Of a stretch of DNA of 64,000 bases, positions 12,191 to 24,300 are shown piece after piece. Numbering within the stretch: the first letter of the stretch is position 1; every line of letters begins with the position of its first letter. Position numbers and translations under genes: made by a program. This stretch comes from Selaginella moellendorffii (Eukaryota; Plantae; Lycopodiophyta), in contig NW_003314266.1 in the NCBI RefSeq assembly GCF_000143415.4, positions 3,232,398 through 3,296,397 of the forward strand. Direction: 5' to 3'. Under the pieces are notes generated by a model. It did no database searches and was not told the DNA's origin. It saw nothing but the letters and a program-made list of their open reading frames with translations.

Positions 12191-13046
12191 ACTGCCACTC
12201 GCATAAACTGCCGCTCGCAATGGCGCTCGCAATGCCGCAACCGCTTGTAGACACATAAACCACAGCTCACAACGCAGCTTACACAAGCAGCGCTCACTGT
12301 GCTCAGCAGAACCAAGAACACGGCGCACAAAAATGATAGACCTAGGAATGAGTTCGAGAATTCAAAAATAACACACGCTTGAACGTCACATCAAATCCTT
12401 TGACAAACCAGATCTTATGATTCCTCTGACAAATTTCAAACTAAGTAGCTTCTAGACTTTGCTGTCGGAGGTTGAACTTTGTCACATCATGTCCTTGCCT
12501 CGATCCAGCTGTGCTATGTCAGTGATTCGAACTTTGCCATGCCGTGTCAGCAATCCGCACCAAGATTATTCGCCGTGTAAAGGAATAATTATGCTGTGTG
12601 TGTACGTCCATTTATGGCAATATAAGGCCACATGCCATTCAAAGAATAATGCTAGTCGAGCATTTTTTGGTGCATTTTTGGGTTCAAAATTGCATGAGCC
12701 CATACGCTATAAAGTTTACCTGTACCAAAAATAGAAACAGCTTTATTTACTTGGGAATTTAAGTGGTTGAGGCATTTTTAAACTTACAAACATATGCCCT
12801 ACTTACATTCCTTTGGTTGCTTAAAATTCAAAAATATTATAAACCTTTCTTTTTGCATTTTCAATGTTTTCAATTATGGTTTTTGATTTTCGCAGGACCA
12901 GCCTAGCAATCTATTTGCATCCCGTCATGTTTATAGCTAGCTTTCGTTTGTCCCCTTCGCTAGCCTGAGATACATCTGCTCGGCATCTGCCTCTTACAGC
13001 ATTTGCCCAGAAAGGGCATCTTTCTTCACGCAGCATTTGCCACATG

Positions 13047-13071
13047 TTTAGGGTTAGGGTTTAGGGTTTAG
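13047..13071 (+). repeat. Short plant telomere-like tract (TTTAGGG-like x3.5) inside the transposon
   Basis: TTTAGGGTTAGGGTTTAGGGTTTAG. Copy 2 equivalents at ~41595-41620 and ~42467-42497. Confidence 0.8.
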
Positions 13072-14540
13072 CAATTCAGTAGCTTGATAAACATGCAAAT
13101 ACAGAACTTGATGCAAAATCCTTTGATATGTCACAATGCCCCTAGGACCATAAACACATTTCAATAGAGAGGGTCCTTTCATTTCATAACTCCTTACGTA
13201 GATCTTGGTGAAACTAGAGTTAGTGAAGTTGGTTTCTTGTGATCCCGCATCTGATTGTGATGTCCCTTTGCAGTGTCAATGGAAAGGTCAATGCACACCA
13301 AACTGTAGAATCTTGGAGCAAAATAACGGTCGGATCTATGGCAAATGCCCCTGAAACATTGTAAGGCTCGTGTGGTCTCATGTGGTGTCCGATCGAGATG
13401 CTTCTTTGCAGGGTCATCAAAAGAATATTGTATACCATTCTGTAAAATCTAGTTGCGATCTAACGGTTGGATCTCCAGAAAACTCAAAACAATCTTGCGC
13501 GTGTTAGAATATTCTAGGAATATACTCCTATGTGCTCCTGAAAATGGCATGCGACCCCACGCCATTCAAGAGATAACGCCAGATGACGCCGAGCATTTTT
13601 TGATGCATTTTTTGGGATCAAAATTGCATGAGCCTACACGCTTGAACGTCACATCAAATCCTCTGACAATTTATTTAGCTGAACATCTGGCATTTTTGGA
13701 AATACAAGATGCTTTGGAATATCCAATCATGCATGGTATAAATATAGCGAGTGGTATTAAATGATATCCCAATCATGATCTTTCTATTGGATTTCGCGTG
13801 CATGCAGTCCGAGGAATGATGATGTTGCGGATTTCTTTTGGATTTCACGTGCATGCATGCGCGCAGCGATCCAGAAATTAATGGTGGCGCCCAAGTTCGA
13901 GGAATGATGATGTGGCGGGATTACCAACCGTCGTGACATTTCGCGCGTGTGAGGTTAGGTTTTGCATTTTGCTTCGTACTCGCACTCGCACACTCGTGCT
14001 CGCATCGCGCTCCCACTTCTCTATAGGTTTCTCGTGTGCATCAGCGTCCACTCGCGCTTGCATCACACTCGCGCTCGCATCGTGCTCGTGTGCATCGGCG
14101 TCCACTTCAAGACACACCCAATTTGTAACTTCGCCGCCAACTCTGCCGCCCACTCCACGCAGCCCACTTGGTGTCCCGGGAGATTTCAGCGCCACTCTCC
14201 AGCTGTAAGTGGCAGAGTAGCCTTGCTGCTACGATCCGCTGCACACACAGTGCACATTCGCCAGCGAGTCCGGTTGTCACGCCTCCATTCGGCTTCAAAT
14301 GGTAAGTCTTTTAGGCCAAGTAGAAAATGGCATGAGGCCACATGCCATTCAGTAGCAACATTGGCATGCACCGATTGGGCTCTCGAGTGCAGTCCGGTTA
14401 TAAATGGCGTGTAGCCTCACGCCATCTTAGGATGCAGCCTCATGACATCTGATGCAGTGGTGAATGGCGTGTGGCCTCACGTTATTTCCAGCTGCTAGCT
14501 TTTCATCTGTCAGCTCTAATTGTTGTGCATTTCTGAATAA

Positions 14541-17500
14541 GTGAGGAATTGCGTTCTTCTTCCAGCCACTGTCAATGTGGATGCAGAGAAGGGGGAGGAG
14601 CTCACCAGTTGGACTTTCGAGATGGAAGGCGAGGATCTAAGGCTGTACAACACAGATGGTGGGAGAAAAGAATGCATGGGGATCCTCATCCAAGTGACAG
14701 ACACTCCATGCAGTTCCATGCAAGAATATGGACTGGCACTTGTGGTAGAGACAGCGTCCGCCTTCAAGATCCACCTTACACATCCTAGCGGCTTCCCGGA
14801 GGGGGCCAGCGGCTATGAGGAATTCCTAGAGGGAGCTAGGGAGAGGTTGTCCAGGAGGCCCACAATTTCAAAGACGCTGCGGGTCTATAAAGATCACATG
14901 GAATCCACGGACCTCACCTACGGCGATGTTCAAAAACTATATTCCAACATTGAGCCGTTGAGAGTGCCTCCAGTTCACGAAGCGAAGGGGAAGGGGGTCG
15001 ATCTGGAAACTACCCCAAAGCAGAAAAGGGTGGTCAAGCTCAAGCCGACGTCCGACTCTCCTCCAAAAAAGAAGCTACTCGGTGATGCCATTGCCTCGGG
15101 TTCGAACACTACACCCACCAAAAAGAAGAGCCGCAAAGAGCAGAAAGAGCAAGAAGAGGCAGCAAAAATCGTCGCAGATAATAGTACTTGTTACTATTCC
15201 AACAAAGTATATACAATCAACGTGAGCCGTATCGACATCCAAAGCAAATACAACCACAGGCTAGTATCTGATGAGTGGGTGGAGAAACTGAAGCAGAAGA
15301 TGCTGGCAAGTCCAGTAACACCCGACATCGCAGACGTGATCCCCTACTACCGAACAATGAAGGGCGAGACGAGGTTTCCAGACTTGATCAATAGGAAGGT
15401 GTTGGACAATCAGAACATCCGGTTCTATGCCGTCTCCGGGCAGCATTCTAGCTTGGCGATGCAAGAGATAGTTGTGGATATTATGGTGGGCGAGGAGGTG
15501 AAGAAAGTCTTCAAGACAAGAGTTGTCCGCCTGATAAAAGGCAACTCGCCCCTCCGATCTATCATATACATCTCCCACGCGCAGAATGTCAAGCAAGAAA
15601 CGTGCTACAAATCGGGTTTGCACGAGACATTGGCACGAACACGGAAGCTCTGGGTTCAACTGAAGAAGCCACAAAAACCAGGACAAGGACGTGCACTAGC
15701 AACTAGCGCCTGGCAGGTAAGCCTCGTTGCATGTGGCATAGCATGTGGCCTCACGCCATTTCCATTGCAGGAATTCTCGAGTCTTCTCTTGAAAACACTG
15801 GGGGTCAATGACACACTCAGCATCCATAACATTCTACTCGCGACAAAAGTTGTTTTTGACAAATGGGTAGATGTGCTGAGGAGGTACCATGACGGGGAGT
15901 TGCTAAACTCAATGGGTGTGGAGGACGGCCGGAAGCCCAATGATTTGAAGCTCAACGCCTTGCATTTCTCGCGGTCTCTAGACGACGACGACCTTCTGAC
16001 AGTGGCTAATGCTCTTCTACGTGGTGAGGTAGTCTTCAACAAGACCAAAATGACTCCCGGCCATATTGTGACATACGAGGACTTGTGCACGACTCTGAGA
16101 GCTCGTGCGCTATTGAAGGATTGGATCTTCGAGCAAGTGGCCGTGGAGAGGGTGAGCATCGACACCACGCAAGAGATGATGGAAGCGCTGGATTTGTCAA
16201 ATGAAGACATCGACGGGTACGTGAAGGGGGCCCCCAAGTTCATCGATCTGCTGCGGGATGCCACAAAAAGTAAAGCTGAGAAGTTGGATCAGTATCCAAA
16301 TTTCATTAAGATTGATGTCGACCGCCGGCTTCAGAAACAGCTCGACCCCGCAGCAGAGGCCTATCGAGAACCTTACCGGGTATACTTGAATTCGGATGAG
16401 GATCAAAGGTGGAGGAGCATCGTTTCCCGCAGAGATGAGCAGGTCAAGAACATCTTTTGTGTGATGGACTTCACAAACGAGGAGATCACTCATGCAGACG
16501 AAGTCAGCTCCATCATTGACTTAATGGTGGGACTTGCGGAGGTGGAATCTTCAGTCCACTATATGATCTACGACTCCGAATCCTATCACAAGTTCTGGAA
16601 GGCCTTGAACGAGGTGAAGGCTCGGTTGAAAGGCAAGGAGATGCGGGAGATCCATGGGATAATGGCTAAGAAGAAGATACCGACGAATGTCCGCATCTTC
16701 ACACTCGCCCTTGTTATTGGTCCTGCAGCAGAGTGGGACTGGAGTGACTTCCCAACTTCGTTCGACAAGGCCAATCGAATTGATCTGAGGGAGGTCAATT
16801 TACCCGTGCCTGAGGAACTGAAGACGGCTATGGAGCTTTCGAATCCAAAGAAAGCTCCAGGTGCAGCATGGGAAATGCTCAGCTGGGTCTTCAACGCAAT
16901 AGCGGGTGGGTCACCTGCTTCCGACTCCAAGGGCAAATGCGTTGTCGAGTACAACTGCGGCGGACTATTCTTTCGAGCCGCACTACTCAAGGGTGTCCCG
17001 TGTGTTGCGGTGACAAACTCCATTGAAGAGGTGACTTCAATGGAGCATATAATTACAGTTGCCAAAGAAAAACAGTATCTTCTTTGCGAACCTGGTGAGT
17101 ACGCACTTTAAGTTTAAATGTTATCTCACAAGCTCTGTATGCAGGAGCGTGGCCACCCCCAGATGCTGAAACGGCGTTAATAGCTACTGTTGAAGATACC
17201 CATGTTGGGCCGAGCTCACAACCTGCACAAGGTAAGGTCACGTGAGGCCTCATGCCATTTTGATTATAGATCGTTGTGAATATTCAGACACGAGGACTGA
17301 AAAGCGCACTGGTGGCGCGTCGAAGAAGGACAAACAGACAAGCAATAGGAAAAAAGGAGGTACAAATTATATTTGCAATGGCGTGTGGTCTCATGCCATT
17401 CCTTGCAGGAGACACTTCTTTAAAGGCAAAACAGGCAAGCACCAGCCAAGCTCAAACTGACAGTGGTCATAAAAAGCGAAAACAAGTTGGACAGTCGTCG

Positions 17501-19890
17501 GGATCAGAGGTGTTTGATTCGAAAAGGAAGAAGGGCAACGAAAAGATGATAGGTTATGCCTCGCGGTTATGGCGTGTGTGCTCATGCCATTCATTGCAGA
17601 TCAAGGGCTGAGTGAAAGCAGGGAGTCACCACCTCCTGACTCAGATTCCTATGGCCGACTCCCCTTCCCCAATCTCAATGGAGAGGTATAATGGATGAGG
17701 GATGCTTTTCAAGTCAGGGCCACGTTTTTCTCATCTCGTCGTCTTCGAAGGGTGCGAGAACGTGCAGAAACCATGTTAAGACAGTCGGGTGAGGATACGG
17801 TCCTAGGTCACGCACTAAAACAAGCTATGGATGTCTTGTATTTTGAGATGGAGACTTAGCCAGATGATTTTCCCAAGATGGTCCTGGAAGAACAAGCCAT
17901 CCAGCCTGAGTAGCCTATGGAAGAAATGCAGGAGGGGGATGAGGAGCCAGAGAAAGATAATGAGCAGGAAGAGCAGAAGGACGAAGAGGAGGACAAAGAA
18001 GAGGAGGACGAAGAAGAGGAGGACGAAGAGGACTTGGATGGTCCTCACAATGGTGACGATCACAATAACGACGACGACGATGATGACGACGATGGCCAGC
18101 CTGAGGTGGCCAAAGAGCAGCGGAGGAAGGTCATACAAGACAAACCATCAGGTAAATAATAGTACATCCATTCCTAACGTTTTACCATTTCTAACATTGT
18201 CCATGTAGGTCGCAGAGCAAATGGTAAGTAGAGATTATTCAGTTGAATTTACAAACTCTAGCCTTTAGTGTCGAGGAAGGATAGTGCCAAGCAAGGGTCG
18301 AAACGTATGTCCAATCCTTCAGAATCAGCAGTGCGCCCAAGTGATATCGGTCCTAGTTCCTCAATAGCAGTTGATGGTAAATACAGTATAGTCGATTCAA
18401 TGTGCTAATGAGTTTGTTTTTAGTAGCACGGGAGGATACCATCTCAATCGAAGGGAGATATTTGGACATGCATATGGATCCACCACTGGACTCTACTTGC
18501 CTGCAAGAGTCATCAGAGCTGGTGGAGGCTACTATCCATATCAACGCCAAGCAAGCTGACCACGATCCACTTGATGCTGCCCATACCACTGAGTCGATCT
18601 TGTCCACGTATCCAACTGACGGTGACCAGGCGCCATTGGACCCGCATGAGGCCGCCCCAGCCACCGAGCCGGTCGTATCCTCATTTCCAACGGACTCAAC
18701 GTGTGCCCAATCGTCTGACTACGCGCCGTTGGAACCTCCCTACACCGCCCCTGTTGCCTGTTCGGTCATGTCCACTTTGCCAACGGAGGCACCAGCTGAA
18801 ATGGCGTGTGATCACACGCCATCGGAACCACCCCATGCCACTGTTGAGCCAATTGTACCAGAGTCTACAGCTGAAATGGCATGTGCCCACACGCCATCGG
18901 ATGCAATTGACCCCACATTGCAGAGGAGAGTATTTCCGCCCTTCACGTTTCCTCGACCAAAACCCTCTCAACGACCATCGGGAGCACCATTCGCTAATAT
19001 TGTAGATGGTAAAATTGACTTGTATCATTTTTTATGCTGACGCATTTCATTTCAGAGTCACGGCGAAGGTACTGTATCATTTTTGATCTGAACGGTGTCC
19101 TTTTCTCCCATGAGCGTGGCTCGTCCTCGAATGTCATTGCACCCTCCAAAGCCTGCGGTCGCAAGTTGGTCAAAAGAGACAGATTCACATTAATCACACG
19201 GGAGAAACTGCGGGATCTAATAATGACCATGCGACACTTAAAACAGAGGGCCGGGTTCAATTTGCAATTGGGAGTTTGGACATCCATGATGCGCCACAAT
19301 GTATTAACGTTGCTACAGATGATGCACGATCAGACGCGAGTAATATTACCATTTGACTTTCTCCTAACGCAGGAGGATTGCTTGACTATGGTCCATGTGA
19401 GGGGTAGCAAGCCCATCTTCGTCAAGCCAGAGGCTGTAGTGATGAACCGGACTGCTAGGTCAAGTGAAATCCTCATCATCGATGACTCGCCGATTAAAAC
19501 TGCAGCGAACACGCACACATATGCAGTGCACCCCATCTTTTGCAGTATGGAAACTAGGGAGAAGAAACCGTATGTTCTGGGGGACCTTGCAAAACGGCTT
19601 GGAGCGATGGTGATAGAGAACCGGCCAGTCCAGGAGGTGGAACGGTATATCAGAAGCCATTTGATCGGACAGACACCAGTCATCATTTATGGCATGTATA
19701 TTGTCTAGCCAAGCACTATCCGCATCTCCATAATCTGCTAAACCGGATGGGTTCTTCGACCACTGAACATGAGCGTGGACGTATTAGAGAAGAGATGGCA
19801 TTACTATTGGGTTTAAATCCTGATAGTGTGGAGAGTGATGAAAATCCAAGATTATTGTATAGGCGTTGGAGGCAAAAAATAACAGTCTGA
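14541..19890 (+). pseudogene. Multi-exon cargo gene: ParB/Srx-like + degenerate N4/N6 MTase-like + acidic/Pro-rich + FCP1-like HAD domain; 3' part inactivated in this copy
   Basis: 856-codon ORF followed by frame-preserving GT-AG introns at 15717-15770, 17095-17144, 17232-17287, 17360-17408, 17553-17599, ~18152-18208, ~18224-18268, ~18377-18423 and ~19009-19055. Three premature stops in the 17600-18151 exon and a 28-bp deletion at ~19640 relative to copy 2. Start codon uncertain. Confidence 0.72.
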
Positions 19891-20407
19891 GATGGCATGT
19901 ATTTATTTAAAAATGTAACTTATTATGGCATGGGGTTCCATGCCATTGTATTAATATCAGAAGACAATTCTTTGAGAGGATTTGCATTATACTAGAAGTG
20001 TTACAGCATGTTATTGGAAGTCTACGAAGTTGTTTTATTAATAAGGGGAAAGTAAAGATTGAATGGGGACTTGGGCTCCACCTAGACTTGGAGCAACTGA
20101 GCCAATATTAAAAGGATGGAAAGAAATTGGACGACGATGACAAGGAGAAGAGAGAGGTGAAACAATGGCAGGGGGAGGAGAAGTGATTGAGTAGACATTT
20201 CCTTGTTTAAAATAAAATGGCATGTGCCTCAATGCAGTTGAATTTTGTTATATTTATATACTATATAAAGGTTTGGAAACCTTATTTTACAAGTGGGATA
20301 ATGACAATTCCCACTTTAACGAAATAGAGCTTTTTTTTTATTTAGCTCGTTTTGATTGTTTGATTACCTTTGCCTTTTTTTCCCCCTTTTTCCTTTCTTC
20401 TTGCCAA

Positions 20408-21378
20408 TGGAGTCTCCAAGCCATCCTGATTTCTTTGCTGAAGTCCTTGCAAAAATCCAGTCTGAGAATACCGAGCTGAAGGCAACCCTTCTTCGCATGC
20501 AGCAGGAGCTTGCTTCACTTTCGGCTCAAGGATCCAGCAAAGTTCCTGAACCGAAGGTGAGCTTCCCGGCGAAATTTTCAGGCAAGCGTTCAGAGCTTCG
20601 CGGATTCCTGAACCAGATGGAGTTGATCTTTGCACTTCAACATCGGCGGTACCCTACTCCCGAGTCTCAAATCGGCGCAATTGGGACGTTGCTCGAAGGT
20701 GCAGCTTTGTCATGGTTTTCTCCTCTTTTGGAGAAGAGCATGAAAGGGGTCGTGGTTCCAGAGCTGATGGATCTTCAATTGTTCAAAGAGAAGCTCAAAG
20801 CATGTTTTGGCGAGACGGATCGGGTTCGGGCTGCTACCACAAAGATGAGACGTCTCTCTCAGGGGTCTTGTCCTGCCTCGATCTACGCTGCAGAGTTCCA
20901 ACTCCTTGCTTTGGACACTCAGTGGGATGAGCGGGCCCTGATTGACCAATTTCGTTTTGGCCTCAACAACGGTGTCAAGGATTTGTTGCTCACCATGGAG
21001 GATCCCAAAGACCTGTCGGATGCCATCAACAAAGCTGTTCGATGTGACAATCGTCTCTTTGAACGTCGTCAGGAAAGTCGCCGCGCCGCTGTTTTTCCGT
21101 CCCAGACTCAAGAATCCCAGCTTGAGTCTTCGGGGCATACTCCTGAACCTACTGCTCCAGTTCCAATGGATATTTCTGGTACTCCCTGACTCATTAGAGG
21201 GAAGTTGAGTCCTGCTGAGAAGCAACGTCGAATATCTCATAATCTTTGCCTCTATTGTGCTGATCCTAATCACAAAGCAGCTGCATGTCCCAAGAAGCCT
21301 CCTCGACTGCTCGAGTTCACTCTGCCTCAAAGTCCACCTCTATTGCAGTCGGGAAACGACCCTGTCCAAACAGAGTAG
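20408..21378 (+). pseudogene. gag: Gag of the Tcn1-like element (premature TGA at 21187-21189)
   Basis: FPAKFSG..LRGFL, QG..ASIYAAEF..LA and FRFGLNNGVKD motifs. CLYCADPNHKAAAC zinc knuckle after the stop. The stop is CGA in the paralog at ~1751. Confidence 0.88.
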
Positions 21379-21395
21379 GAGCTGTCTGTTTGGAC
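21351..21395 (+). promoter_or_regulatory. -1 ribosomal frameshift signal: GGGAAAC plus downstream stem-loop
   Basis: G GGA AAC in the gag frame, short spacer, then an 11-bp stem GTCCAAACAGA/TCTGTTTGGAC. Pol is in the -1 frame. Confidence 0.78.
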
Positions 21396-24300
21396 TCCCC
21401 GAATAAAAATCACTTTTCTTCTTTATCAAGCTCCTCACCACCTTTCATCAAAGCCACCACCAATTCCCGCAACTTCCGCGTCCCATGTCTCCTTTCATTC
21501 ACCGGACAATCAGGACTCAAGGCTCTGGCATTACTGGACTCGGGTGCAACTTCCTGCTTCATGCACACGGACTTTGCTGCCCGACATCACGTTCCTCTTT
21601 CTCCTACCATATGGGATTTGAGGGTTGAAGGCATCGGCGGGCATTTTGTGTCTCCATCTTCTGGACTTAGGGAAACGTTGCCCGTTCGAGTACACATCGG
21701 GTCCACCGTCACCGATATCGCCTTCAACATCATCAACAGCAAGTCCTCCTCTGTGGTGCTTGGTCTTCCTTGGTTCCAACTACATCAGCCTCAGATCTGT
21801 TGGAAGGAATTACAGCTCATCTCTCCCACGGCTTCCCCTGCTGTTCATCGAGTCCGAATCAGGAAAAGTTCCCTAAACTCAAATCGGGGTTCTGTTCCTG
21901 ACTCTATAAAGTTTTCACCCTCTTCTTTTTCCTCTCTTCCATCTTACACTGGACCGTATTCTCGTCTCATTATTCCATTTAGTCGTACGCCTCCTCCTAT
22001 CTCCACAATCACTATGAAAGAACTCCTTCATGAAGAACCTCTTTTTCTTTTTGCTTTGCATGTTTCTCCTGTCAGTCTTCCTGAGAAGTATCATGATTTT
22101 GGGGATGTGTTTGACAAGAAAAAAGCTAGTGTACTACCTGTTCATCGGCCTTATGATTGTCCCATTGATTTACAGGAAGGAGCGTCACCTCCGTGGGGGC
22201 CTATCTATGGGTTATCCCCGTCCGAGCTTAAGGCTCTCAAACAGTACGTGGATGAGAACCTTGCCTCGGGCTACATTCAGCTTTCGCAGTCCCCGGCTGG
22301 AGCGCCTGTCTTCTTTGTCAAGAAGAAGGATGGGAGCATGCGCCTAGTCATCGACTACCGAGGTTTGAACAAGGTGACTGTTCGGAACCGTTATCCGCTG
22401 CCCCTGATCTCGGACCCGTTGGAACGCCTCGGCGGTGCCCGCTTCTTCACCAAGATCGACCTCCATGGAGCATACAACCTGATCCGGATCCGGCCTAGTG
22501 ATGAATGGAAGACTGCGTTCCGAACCCGCTATGGCCACTTTGAGTACACTGTCATGCCATTTGGCTTGACAAATGCTCCAGCAGTTTTCCAACACATGGC
22601 GAATGACGTCTTTCGGGAGTTTCTTGATCAGATGGTGATCGTCTATCTCGATGACATCCTCATCTACTCAAAAACTCAGGAGGAGCATGACGAACATGTT
22701 CGCAAGGTGCTAGCGAAGCTGCGAGAACACGGCCTATACGCAAAGCTTGAGAAATGTTCCTTTGATCACCAGTCTATGGAGTTCCTTGGGTACATTGTCA
22801 CTCCTGAGGGTATCACGATGGATGCTGCCAAAGTCAAGACTATTCTCAAATGGGAGCCTCCACAATCAATGTCAGACGTTCAGGTTTTCCTTGGCTTCGC
22901 CAACTTCTACCGCAAATTCATTGATCACTACTCTGACATTGTCCTTCCTCTCACACATCTCACTCGCAAGGATGTTCCCTTCTCTTGGTCTGCTGCTGCC
23001 CAGCAGGCCTTCGACACACTCAAGGCGGCCTTCAGTTCTGCTCCTGTCTTGATCCATGCTGATTCCTCACAACCTTTCTTCATCGAGGCTGACGCCTCCG
23101 ACTTTGCCATTGGTGCTGTGCTGTCTCAACTCGGAGCGGATCACAAACTTCATCCAGTCGCTTTCCATTCTCGGAAATTCCAGCCTGCGGAGATCAATTA
23201 CGAAATCCACGACAAGGAGCTCCTTGCCATCGTGGATTCCTTTGGAGAGTGGCATCGTTTCTTGGAGGGGGCAAGCCATCAAACAACAGTCTGGACGGAT
23301 CACAAAAATCTCGAGTACTTTGCCACTTCCCGAGTTTTAAGCCGTCGTCAAGCAAGGTGGGCACAATTCCTGAGTCGGTTTGACTTTGTTATCAAGTACA
23401 GACCTGGAAAGTTTCAAGGCCTTCCTGATGCTCTTTCAAGGCGCTCCTATCTCAGTCTCAGGCTTGGTAATCCTGCCTTCGATCAACAGGATCAAGTTAT
23501 CCTCGGTCCTGATCGGCTTCAAGTTATGGCAATTTCCTTGGCTCCTCAGGACTCCTCCTTGATGGATGCAATCAGAAACGATCTTCAATCCGATGATCTC
23601 ACTATCGACATTTTCCCCCATCTTCAGGCTGGACACCCAGTGACTCCCGACTGCCGGCGATTTGACGAGTTTGAGTTCTTAGATGGCTTATTGTACCGTG
23701 GGGAGCAGCTTTACGTTCCTGAAGGTGATGATCGAAGGTTGGTCCTGATGGCGTGCCACGATAGCCCGACTGCTGCTCACTTCGGCATTGCAAAAACCTA
23801 TGAGCTAGTTGCACGGGACTTTTGGTGGCCTCACATGGACGACTATATCAAAGCTTTTGTTACCTCCTGTGACACTTGTGCCTGGAATAAAGTACCTCAC
23901 CACCTTCCTTCAGGTTTGCTTCGTTCCCTTCCGGTCCCTTCAGGTCCTTGGGAATCCATCTCCATGGATTTCTTGAGTGATCTTCCGAGTTCTAGAGGCT
24001 TCAACAGCATTTTAGTCGTGGTGGATCGCTTCACAAAGATGGCGCACTTCTTGCCATGTACCAAGGAGTTTTCGGGCGAGGACATGGCAAAACTGGTATT
24101 CAGGGAAATTTTCCGACTTCATGGGATTCCTACAGATGTGGTTTCGGATCGGGGGCCTCAGTTCATCTCTCATTTCTGGCAACAGTTTTTGCAGCTGCTT
24201 GGAGTGAAGGCCAACCTCTCTTCGGCATATCATCCTCAAACTGATGGGCAGTCCGAGTGAACGATTCAGACGTTGGAACAATTCTTGAGGTGCTTCATCA

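Larger units (their letters stand above)
7897..20332 (-). mobile_element. Large (12.4 kb) TIR DNA transposon, copy 1, Sola/DUF7869-like
   Basis: Perfect 24-bp TIRs AAGCTCTATTTCGTTAAAGTGGGA. Flanks TTTT/TTTT are compatible with a 4-bp TSD. Splits a retroelement leader that is contiguous at ~877-930. Encodes a transposase. Confidence 0.93.

Noticed and set aside
11849-12330. ORFs upstream of the transposase as a third gene
   Set aside because: They are overlapping short frames driven by a GC-rich 30-bp repeat, have no recognisable motifs and are disrupted in copy 2.
13878-14414. His/Arg/Ala-rich ORFs as genes
   Set aside because: They arise from CTCGCA/CTCGCG low-complexity sequence; more likely the cargo gene promoter or 5' UTR exons.
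8440-20235. Palindromic repeats as a CRISPR array
   Set aside because: Spacing is irregular (60 bp to >1 kb), repeats are degenerate and lie in introns and ORFs, there are no cas genes, and the context is eukaryotic.
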